From contig JAOZFG010000039.1 in NCBI GenBank assembly GCA_027491435.1, positions 1-12,779 of the forward strand: 12,779 nucleotides of DNA. Direction: 5' to 3'. The notes below the pieces were generated by a model. It had not been told where the DNA came from. It made no database searches and worked only from the letters and a program-made list of their open reading frames with translations. This stretch comes from Thermoproteota archaeon (GTDB lineage Archaea > Korarchaeota > Korarchaeia > Korarchaeales > Korarchaeaceae). A program made the position numbers and the translations under genes. Shown in pieces: positions 1-6,761 of this stretch. The stretch's first letter is position 1, and every line of letters begins with the position of its first letter.

Positions 1-20
1 GAAATCCTTTTTTAGGTAAG

Positions 21-1328
21 GTGAGAGGGCAGGTTGTGCGGAAGGAAAGACTGGCCCTCATGATAACCCTGCTGATAAGCTTGGCCATAGGCGTCGGCTT
101 CTCGGCGGCGATGCCCACCTTCCCTTACCTGGTCCTGGCCCTGAAGGGGGTGTTGAAGCAGCTCCCAGAGACTACAAAGGGGGTTATAATGGCCCACAAG
201 GGGGCTGTGGAGTTCGGAGCACTCATGGCAGCTTTCATGCTGTTCAGAGCTCCAGTAGCGGCGTTCTCAGGTACGTTGAGCGACCTCCTGGGCAGGAAGA
301 CCATGATACTCCTGGGAATGGTCATGTACACGGCTACCTCCCTGGGGATGCTCCTGGTGGACGACGTCCTGGGCTTGATAGCCCTGAGGGCGTTAACGGG
401 GGTGGCCTCAGGCATAACCTGGCCTGTGGCTGAAGCTTACCTGGCTGACGTGACCACGCCGCAGGAGAGGGGGAGGGCCATCTCCCTCTACATAATGACC
501 CAGAACCTGGGCGACGTAGTGGGCCCTGGCATAGGGGCGGGGGTCTACAAGCTTTACGTTCAGCTCTACGGGCCCGAGGATTACTTATTCGCCCTTAAAA
601 CGCCCTTCCTGTTAATGGGAGGGCTCAGCCTGGTGGCTACCGTCATGGCCCTGGCCTTGCCCAGGGTGGCTCCCTCCAAAGGCGTCAGGTCCGGTTTTAA
701 GGAACTAGTTAAGGTGCTTAGGTCCCTGCCCAGGGAGGTGGCCACCAGCGTGAAGGCCATCTACGTAAACGGAGTGGGAAATGGGCTGGCCATGGGGATA
801 ATGAACACGGCCCTCATAGTTTACGCTGTGGAGAGGGTCGTCAAGGATCCGGCGGTGATAGGGCTGGCCTTCACCCTGATGGGCATCACTGCCCTCCCGA
901 TGACACTTCTATCAGGATGGCTCAGCGACCGCTTCCAGAGGAGGAAGCCCTTCGTCCTGGCCAGCTACTTAGTTAGCAGGCCGGTCATATTCCTCATGCC
1001 CTTCCTGGCAGACGTCACCTCATTCATGCTGGCCCTGATAGCCTTCATGGCCGCCTTCAGCGTTGGGATGCCAATAATGAGGGCCCTCCAATCCGAGCTC
1101 ATAAGCTCGGAGGTGAGGGGCACGGTTTTCGGGGTTCAACAGCTCTTCTTCAACGCCGGCGTGGTCGTGGGCGCCTTGGTGGGGAGCTACCTGACTGCAG
1201 CGTACGCCCCCAGGGAGGTGATGGGCCTGACCGGGTACGTGGTTCCCTTCTGGCTGGCCGGAGTCCTGACGGTGCTGACCACGCTGATCTTCGCCTTCTA
1301 CGTGAAGGAGCCCGAGGTGAGGATGTGA
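21..1328 (+). CDS. MFS transporter (DHA1/drug:H+ antiporter-like)
   Basis: 435 aa, about 12 hydrophobic segments. MFS motif A in both halves (SGTLSDLLGRK; SGWLSDRFQRRK), motif B-like LRALTG, and YLADVTTPQERGRA. GTG start. Confidence 0.92.
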   Translation: MRGQVVRKERLALMITLLISLAIGVGFSAAMPTFPYLVLALKGVLKQLPETTKGVIMAHKGAVEFGALMAAFMLFRAPVAAFSGTLSDLLGRKTMILLGMVMYTATSLGMLLVDDVLGLIALRALTGVASGITWPVAEAYLADVTTPQERGRAISLYIMTQNLGDVVGPGIGAGVYKLYVQLYGPEDYLFALKTPFLLMGGLSLVATVMALALPRVAPSKGVRSGFKELVKVLRSLPREVATSVKAIYVNGVGNGLAMGIMNTALIVYAVERVVKDPAVIGLAFTLMGITALPMTLLSGWLSDRFQRRKPFVLASYLVSRPVIFLMPFLADVTSFMLALIAFMAAFSVGMPIMRALQSELISSEVRGTVFGVQQLFFNAGVVVGALVGSYLTAAYAPREVMGLTGYVVPFWLAGVLTVLTTLIFAFYVKEPEVRM

Positions 1329-1346
1329 TCGTTCATAGGACCGACG

Positions 1347-2036
1347 TCAGAGGCCTACCGTCCCCTGCCGCAGCCTCAGCATCCTCTCGACGTCGTCCGT
1401 TATCACCATGTAGGCAGGAATGGCGGGAACCAGCCTGGGGGCCCACTTCTGAAGCAGCTGGTCCTTCTCAGTCCACAACACCACCTTTTCCTTGAAGTTT
1501 AGGGGTACCCCGGTGAGAGCCAGCTCTACCGGAACGTGAACCGAGAAGAGCTCTCCGTTAAACAGGGAGAGGGGTTTCAAGTCCCCCTCAACCAGGAGGC
1601 CCATCCTCACCCTCCTGCAGGAGTTCCAGATCCTAAGGAGGGCCTCTGGATGGAAGGAGGAGAAGAGAACCCTGTCAAGGGCCCCTTCCTCCCTGACCAC
1701 CTGGAGGCTGGGAAGGGCGGCCTCAACCTCCTTCACCTCAACGTTTATGAGGCCCTCCACCTCCTCTAGGACCTCCCTGAGAGTTGGAACTTTTTGCCCC
1801 ATCCCCAGGCTGGCCTCCTTCACCTCCTTAAGGGTCTTATCCCTGACCCTCCCCCTCACGTTGGAGGTCCTGTCTAGGGTGGGGTCGTGGATCACCACCA
1901 CTTCCCCGTCTCTGGTGAGCCTTACGTCCAGCTCAACCCCGTCAGCTCCAGCCTTTACAGCCTCCCTGAAGGCGAGCAGGGTGTTCTCCGGGTAGCGGGC
2001 GCTGTACCCCCTATGTCCAAGGATCAGGAAGCGCAA
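1347..2036 (-). CDS. Glycerophosphodiester phosphodiesterase (GDPD/UgpQ family)
   Basis: GHRG...[42 protein letters not shown] and C-terminal ITDD motifs. TTG start overlapping the upstream ferredoxin gene. Confidence 0.93.
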   Translation of the reverse strand: MRFLILGHRGYSARYPENTLLAFREAVKAGADGVELDVRLTRDGEVVVIHDPTLDRTSNVRGRVRDKTLKEVKEASLGMGQKVPTLREVLEEVEGLINVEVKEVEAALPSLQVVREEGALDRVLFSSFHPEALLRIWNSCRRVRMGLLVEGDLKPLSLFNGELFSVHVPVELALTGVPLNFKEKVVLWTEKDQLLQKWAPRLVPAIPAYMVITDDVERMLRLRQGTVGL

Positions 2037-2419
2037 GTTGACCCCCAGTTGTTCTTGAGGAACCTCCTAACGTGTTCTCTCTTAAAAACGAACCTAAGCC
2101 CGTACCTCTTGAAGGGTATCCTGAGAACGCTCTTCAAGAACCTGAGCAGCTCGATGCACTTCCCTCCAACGAGAACGTCAGACCTCCTTAAGGCTCCAGT
2201 TGGACAAGCCTCTACGCAGATGAAGCAGCCCCTGCAGGCCTGCGGGTTTGCGAAGACAGGCCTTAGCCTGACCTTTTCCCTGAATCCGAAGAGAGGCGCC
2301 CTTATAGGCCTTACCTCCCAGACGTCAAAGGGGCAGGCGGTTATGCACTCCTCTCCCCCTCCACAGGCTGGGTAATATATGTAGAGGGGCTTCGTGTTCA
2401 GGAGGTCCCTCCAGCTCAC
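2024..2419 (-). CDS. Dicluster Fe-S ferredoxin-like protein with basic C-terminal extension
   Basis: Canonical [12 protein letters not shown] motif and a degenerate [12 protein letters not shown] motif. GTG start 22 nt from a TATA-like element. Confidence 0.85.
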   Translation of the reverse strand: MSWRDLLNTKPLYIYYPACGGGEECITACPFDVWEVRPIRAPLFGFREKVRLRPVFANPQACRGCFICVEACPTGALRRSDVLVGGKCIELLRFLKSVLRIPFKRYGLRFVFKREHVRRFLKNNWGSTCAS

Positions 2420-2472
2420 ACCCCGTCGGGGCGAGAGAAGTTAAAAAGTTACCCTGCACGTAGGGGGTGTGA
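2416..2472. promoter_or_regulatory. Symmetric bidirectional archaeal promoter
   Basis: TTAAAAA at 2441-2447 lies 22 nt from both divergent GTG starts (2419 and 2469). It is flanked by a perfect 9-bp inverted repeat TCACACCCC (2416-2424) / GGGGTGTGA (2464-2472). Confidence 0.6.
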
Positions 2473-3401
2473 TACCTGAGGGAATCATAAAGCCGGAGTT
2501 CGAGAGAAGGTATAGGGAGCTCATGGGCCCCGAGTACGAGCTCTTCCTCAAGTTCATGGCCACGAAGCCCAGGCCCACCATAAGGGTAAACCCCATGAAG
2601 GTCGATCCGGGCTGGCTCCTGGACAGGCTTGAGGGGGAGGGCTGGGAGCTCAAGCAGGTCCCCTGGTACGAGCACGGTTACTGGGTCTCAGGGGTTGAGA
2701 GGCCTGGGGGCACGAGGTGGCACGCCTTGGGCCTCTACTACGTCCAGGAAGCCGCTTCCATGATCCCTCCAGTAGCTTTGGATCTGGAGCCCGGGCTCAG
2801 GGTCCTGGACCTGGCGGCCGCCCCAGGCTCTAAGACGACCCAGATGTCTGAGATGATGGGGTGGAGGGGGTTAATCTACGCCAACGACGTCTCCCCAGAC
2901 AGGGTGGACGCTTTAGCGGCTAACGTGCAGAGGATGGGGAGCGTCAACGTCCTCATCTTCATGAGCGACGGTAGGAGGGCTGTCCAGACCTTCGGGAGGG
3001 AGAGGTTCGACAGGGTCCTTCTAGACGCCCCCTGCAGCTCCATAGGGGAGGTGAGGAGGAGCTGGGGGGCCTTGGCCAGGTGGAGCCCTAAAGCGGTCAA
3101 CAGGATATCCAGGTTACAGCTTAGCCTGGCCTTGGCGGCTTACGAGACGCTTAAAAGGGGCGGGGTGATGGTCTACTCCACCTGCACCCTGGAGCCTAAA
3201 GAGAACGAGTGGGTCGTGCACCAGCTGGTGGAGAGGGGAGCTTTAATAGAGAGGCCTGAGATAAAGGGGTTGAAATGGAGGCCCGGCCTGAAGAGGTGGA
3301 TGGATTGGGAGTTCCACGAGGACGTCCAGAAGACGGTGAGGGTGTATCCCCAGGACAACGACACCATAGGCTTCTACGTGGCGAAGCTGAGGAAGCCCTA
3401 G
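2469..3401 (+). CDS. NOL1/NOP2/Sun (RsmB/RsmF) family RNA m5C methyltransferase
   Basis: YYVQEAASMIPP, motif I VLDLAAAPGSKT, motif IV DRVLLDAPCS and motif VI VYSTCTLEPKENE, with both catalytic Cys present. Confidence 0.96.
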   Translation: MIPEGIIKPEFERRYRELMGPEYELFLKFMATKPRPTIRVNPMKVDPGWLLDRLEGEGWELKQVPWYEHGYWVSGVERPGGTRWHALGLYYVQEAASMIPPVALDLEPGLRVLDLAAAPGSKTTQMSEMMGWRGLIYANDVSPDRVDALAANVQRMGSVNVLIFMSDGRRAVQTFGRERFDRVLLDAPCSSIGEVRRSWGALARWSPKAVNRISRLQLSLALAAYETLKRGGVMVYSTCTLEPKENEWVVHQLVERGALIERPEIKGLKWRPGLKRWMDWEFHEDVQKTVRVYPQDNDTIGFYVAKLRKP

Positions 3402-3412
3402 TCCAGGAGTTC

Positions 3413-3793
3413 GTGTCCTTCCTGAGGGAGAGGTTCGGGTACGTGCCCGACCTGCACTTCTTCGCCTCAGGCAAGAGGAAGGTCAGGGCCGTGGTGAAGG
3501 AGGGGGCCGACGAGAGGGCCGACCTCAAGGGGGTCTACGTGGGGAAGAAGGCCCCTTACGGCTTCATAATAAGCGTGGAAGGCTCCTTCCTGGTGGGCAG
3601 GGGAGCTAAAAAAGGGATAATAGAGCTGAACGACGAGGAGTTTGACAGGTGGATGTCCGGCCAGGACCTGGAGCTCAGGGAGGACCTGCCCAAGGGCGTC
3701 TACATAGTGAAGTACCAGGAGGTGTTCGCGGGCTCCGGCTACTTCAACGGGAGGGTGCTCAAGAACCTGCTGCCCAGGGTCAGGATTCAGTGA
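3413..3793 (+). CDS. RsmF C-terminal-like / NIP7-PUA-like RNA-binding protein (start uncertain)
   Basis: Protein-like region FLRERFG...GVYVGK...ISVEGSFLVG...IIELNDEEFDRWMSGQDL...GVYIVKY...GSG...LKNLLP resembles the RsmF C-terminal pre-PUA/PUA region. The ORF-track start at 3275 overlaps the methyltransferase by 127 nt; in-frame GTG at 3413 is the likelier start. Confidence 0.75.
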   Translation: MSFLRERFGYVPDLHFFASGKRKVRAVVKEGADERADLKGVYVGKKAPYGFIISVEGSFLVGRGAKKGIIELNDEEFDRWMSGQDLELREDLPKGVYIVKYQEVFAGSGYFNGRVLKNLLPRVRIQ

Positions 3794-5303
3794 GCCGGTT
3801 CGCCCACTCCCTCAACCTCCTACCGACTCTCACGATCCCGCTTTCCCTATCAGCCTTGGGGTCAACCGTTATTAGGAAGAACGCCGTGTAGAGTACGAAG
3901 TAAGACGCCGTGTTAACGTACTTGTAGTCCCCGAAGGAGCCGAACGAGAAGTACCTGACGCTCACCCTGTCCCTCTCTACGTACCCCCCAATTGAATTGT
4001 AGCTCATGCCGTCGAAGACGCAGGCCGAGAACCACTTCCTACCCTCGCCGACCTTAATTGTGGCTAGCTGAGTTGAGCCCTCGACCTCCACCGGAGGGGT
4101 TGACTTCTCGAAACAATGGGAAGGTTTGTCGGAGACCCTCACCTCGTAGAACACCTTGTGGGGGTAGGGCTTGAGGCTCCTGTGGATTATCCTTATCTCA
4201 TCGAATGACATGTGCACGTCCCCGTTCACCTGAACGAACCTCCCATTGCGAACCCCGTAAACCCTGATCAGGGGGCTGTGGAAGCTGAACGCGTAGAAGT
4301 ACAGCGACAGGGCTAGCAAAGCCACCAGGGTTAAGGCCAGGATCCTGTCCCAGCGCCTTCTAATCAGGGCCCACAGGAGGAGCAGGGTCAGGGAGTAGAG
4401 GTTTAGCATGGGCGTGTACGAAAAGACAAGTAGGAGGGAGAGGCCAAGGTTTATCACGGGCCCTCCTGGAAAAAATACGGAGGAGGTCGCCAGCATCAGG
4501 GAGATTGAGAGGAGGATCGTTAGCGACATCAGGGCCCCTGTGAGGGGCCTGAGCCTGTAGACCAGCTCATCCTCCTCGGGGTACTCCTCCCTCTTCATCC
4601 TGGAGACGGCCCAGTCCACGATCAGGTAGATTGGGACGATGATCAGGAGGGTTAGCAGGATGTATTCCCTGAGGTAGTAGACCATGTACGAGTAAGAGGT
4701 GGAAAACTGCTTGTAGGTGACCCGGTAGAGGTCGCCATCCCTCTCTATGACTCCCTGCACCATGTAGTCCTCGTAATACTTAACCGGAACGCAGGCTGTA
4801 AAGTAGGTCACGTTTCCCACCGGCACGACCTCGCCGATAAGATCCCCCCTCCTGTAATTCACCGAGAAATCCCTGAACAGGCAGGGGATTGGGTCGCTGG
4901 AGTAGAACACCCTCCCCCCATGCGTGATAGGGATGTTCGATATTATCAGAAGGGAGTCCAGCTTTAGGAGGTCGCCGCTCCTAACTAGGAACACGTTACC
5001 CCTGTAAATGGCTGAAATCACGAAGGGTTCGGGTGAGACCTCGTTTTCTGACATGGAGAAGGCCCCTACGACTAGCAGTAACAGCAAGAGGGCTGCGACG
5101 TTCTGGGATTGATACCTGGTCAACTTCATGGTTACTACGGTGGAGAACCAGGAAACCAGCACCAGCAGGGAGATAAACACCAGAGGAGAGTCCTTCTCAG
5201 TATAAGGGAAGAGTATTGGCCTTCTCACTGCCCAGTTAACGGCTACCAACGTGATTACCGCCGATATCGCTATGTTCACCGCCGACAGCTGTGAGATTTT
5301 CAT
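3780..5303 (-). CDS. Hypothetical multi-pass membrane protein with two tandem homologous halves
   Basis: Long ORF with genome-typical codons and about 8 hydrophobic segments. ATG at 5303 is preceded by GGGGGT, with TTTTAGAG about 30 nt upstream (ORF track starts at TTG 5315). Internal repeat visible (FTACV / FSACV; GVIERD / GYVERD). Confidence 0.8.
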   Translation of the reverse strand: MKISQLSAVNIAISAVITLVAVNWAVRRPILFPYTEKDSPLVFISLLVLVSWFSTVVTMKLTRYQSQNVAALLLLLLVVGAFSMSENEVSPEPFVISAIYRGNVFLVRSGDLLKLDSLLIISNIPITHGGRVFYSSDPIPCLFRDFSVNYRRGDLIGEVVPVGNVTYFTACVPVKYYEDYMVQGVIERDGDLYRVTYKQFSTSYSYMVYYLREYILLTLLIIVPIYLIVDWAVSRMKREEYPEEDELVYRLRPLTGALMSLTILLSISLMLATSSVFFPGGPVINLGLSLLLVFSYTPMLNLYSLTLLLLWALIRRRWDRILALTLVALLALSLYFYAFSFHSPLIRVYGVRNGRFVQVNGDVHMSFDEIRIIHRSLKPYPHKVFYEVRVSDKPSHCFEKSTPPVEVEGSTQLATIKVGEGRKWFSACVFDGMSYNSIGGYVERDRVSVRYFSFGSFGDYKYVNTASYFVLYTAFFLITVDPKADRESGIVRVGRRLREWANRLTES

Positions 5304-5398
5304 CTCGACCCCCAACGGGTTTGCCCTCTAAAAGTTGATGCCCCGAAATTTCAGGCAGAGAAGGCGTCTGGGAGAGATAAGTTACAGGGAGAGACAAG

Positions 5399-5406
5399 TT
5401 TAAAAA
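5399..5406 (+). promoter_or_regulatory. TATA box candidate (TTTAAAAA) with purine-rich BRE-like upstream sequence
   Basis: GACAAG-TTTAAAAA. The expected + strand start site (~5429-5432) coincides with the left end of the intergenic element. It could instead serve the minus-strand membrane protein gene. Confidence 0.45.
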
Positions 5407-5431
5407 GCGCAGCCTGTTACCTGAAGACCCC

Positions 5432-5756
5432 GAGTAACGTAGGAGTACTCATAGCTCCTCAACCCCTGAAGAAAGCGCTTAGCGTGACACATTGGGAATG
5501 GAGCGTGAGGTGGCCTTAAGTTGACGGCCTCTCGGTTAAGTGTAAAGGTGATTAGTGTGTTGAGGGTCTCAAGCGATGAGTCAAGCGAGGGCAGCACCGT
5601 TCTGTTTATCCGCCACTTTTAAAACGTGTTAACCAATCTGGTGGATAACCTTCCAGCCTCTAATTGGCTTTCGGGAGGACGGTAATCCCACATCTTCAGG
5701 GCTTTTCAGCGGTCCCCATTCACTTACAAACCCCACTTGAGACCGCCACATTACTC
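5432..5756. other. Unexplained ~325 bp structured non-coding element (candidate ncRNA or MITE/IS remnant)
   Basis: Imperfect terminal inverted repeat GAGTAACGTAGGAGTACTCA vs GAGTAATGTGGCGGT-CTCA. Internal complementary pairs 5464-5472/5693-5701, 5565-5573/5736-5744, 5606-5615/5639-5648. No convincing ORF. Confidence 0.4.
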
Positions 5757-5835
5757 AAAAATAAAACTAAGAAATTAATTATGGAAAATAAAAGCCCATA
5801 AAAGTCATGAATTACTAATCATGAAACAGCCCATG

Positions 5836-5857
5836 CGTTATCCGATGATGAATAACG
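5836..5857. promoter_or_regulatory. ModE-like operator CGTTAT-N10-ATAACG upstream of tupA
   Basis: Perfect 6-bp inverted half-sites matching the CGTTAT/ATAACG core of ModE boxes, ending 35 nt before the start of an oxyanion ABC transporter operon and abutting the TATA-like GATATATC (5857-5864). Confidence 0.6.
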
Positions 5858-5891
5858 ATATATCTTTGCGCCCCCCGCGAGGAGGGGGAAC

Positions 5892-6761
5892 ATGAAGAAG
5901 TTGATCTCAGGCTTAGCCCTAATAGCAGTTGTCCTCCTGATCATAAGCCTTCCTAGGCACGAGGTTAGGGTTAGAGCTACTACCACCACCAGCCTCTACG
6001 CTACAGGCCTCCTAGACTACCTGGAGGAGAAGTTCAGGGAGAAAAATCCTTACGTGAGGGTAGACTTCATAGCCGTGGGAAGCGGGGAGGCCCTCAGGAG
6101 GGCTGCCAACGGGGACGCTTGCCTAGTTCTGGTGCACGCTCCCAGCCTGGAAAAGAAGTACTTGGACGAGGGCTCCATAACTGAGGGCAGGATTTTCGCT
6201 TACAACTACTTCGTGATAGCTGGCCCCTCAAATGACCCGGCAGGCGTTAAAGAAGCTAACAGCCCGGTGGAGGCCTTCGCCCTGATATACAAAGCTGGTC
6301 GGGAGGGCAAGGCTCTATTCGTGAGCAGAGGCGACAACTCCGGGACGCACGTCAAGGAGCTGAGCATCTGGAGGAAAGCCGGTTTGAAGCCCGAGGGAGG
6401 CTGGTACCTGGAGACGGGAAGCGGGATGGGGAACACCCTCCTGGTGGCCAACGAGAAGATGGGCTACGTCCTCACGGATCTGGGCACCTACCTGAAGTTC
6501 AAGAGGGAAGGGAAGCTGCCCAACCTGGAAGTCCTATTCCAGGGGGGTGAAGAGCTCCTAAACGTCTACAGCGTCTACCTGGTTTCGTCCTGTAAGGGGG
6601 AGGAGGCCAAAGCCGCTAGGGAGTTCGCTTCCTTCGTCGCCGAGGAGGCCCAGCCCCTAATAGGGGAGTACGGAAAGGAGTACGGGATGCCCCTATTCTA
6701 CCCGGCCCAGGGCAAGGAGGAGTGGCTCTCCTCAATGTGGAATAAGATGGCTGGTGGTTAG
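5892..6761 (+). CDS. tupA: Tungstate ABC transporter substrate-binding protein
   Basis: N-terminal membrane anchor, TupA signature ATTTTSLYATGLL, AVGSGEAL, VHAP, FVSRGDNSGTHVKE, GSGMGNTL, YVLTDLGTY, LLNVYSV. SD GGAGGGGG at 5881-5888. Confidence 0.95.
   Translation: MKKLISGLALIAVVLLIISLPRHEVRVRATTTTSLYATGLLDYLEEKFREKNPYVRVDFIAVGSGEALRRAANGDACLVLVHAPSLEKKYLDEGSITEGRIFAYNYFVIAGPSNDPAGVKEANSPVEAFALIYKAGREGKALFVSRGDNSGTHVKELSIWRKAGLKPEGGWYLETGSGMGNTLLVANEKMGYVLTDLGTYLKFKREGKLPNLEVLFQGGEELLNVYSVYLVSSCKGEEAKAAREFASFVAEEAQPLIGEYGKEYGMPLFYPAQGKEEWLSSMWNKMAGG

Noticed and set aside
3275-3412. ATG 3275 as start of the RsmF-C-like gene
   Set aside because: It would overlap the conserved C-terminus of the methyltransferase by 127 nt, and most of the extension reads like off-frame sequence.
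5417-5452. 11-aa minus-strand mini-ORF MSTPTLLGVFR after GGGGTTGAGGAG, faintly like an IS110 transposase N-terminus
   Set aside because: Too short to support, and the catalytic Asp of G(I/V)D is absent in all continuing frames.
5400-5597. 65-aa minus-strand ORF
   Set aside because: No recognisable motif or clear SD; lies within the structured element. A decayed gene fragment cannot be fully excluded.
5432-5756. SRP RNA or RNase P RNA (similar length; AACAGAA on the minus strand)
   Set aside because: No SRP helix-8 motif (CCAGG...GGAA...AGCA), no RNase P GAGGAAA(G/C)TCC element, and not GC-rich enough.
5845-5940. C/D box sRNA (ATGATGA box C at 5845-5851)
   Set aside because: No CTGA D'/D boxes at suitable spacing; the first CTGA is ~85 nt away inside tupA.
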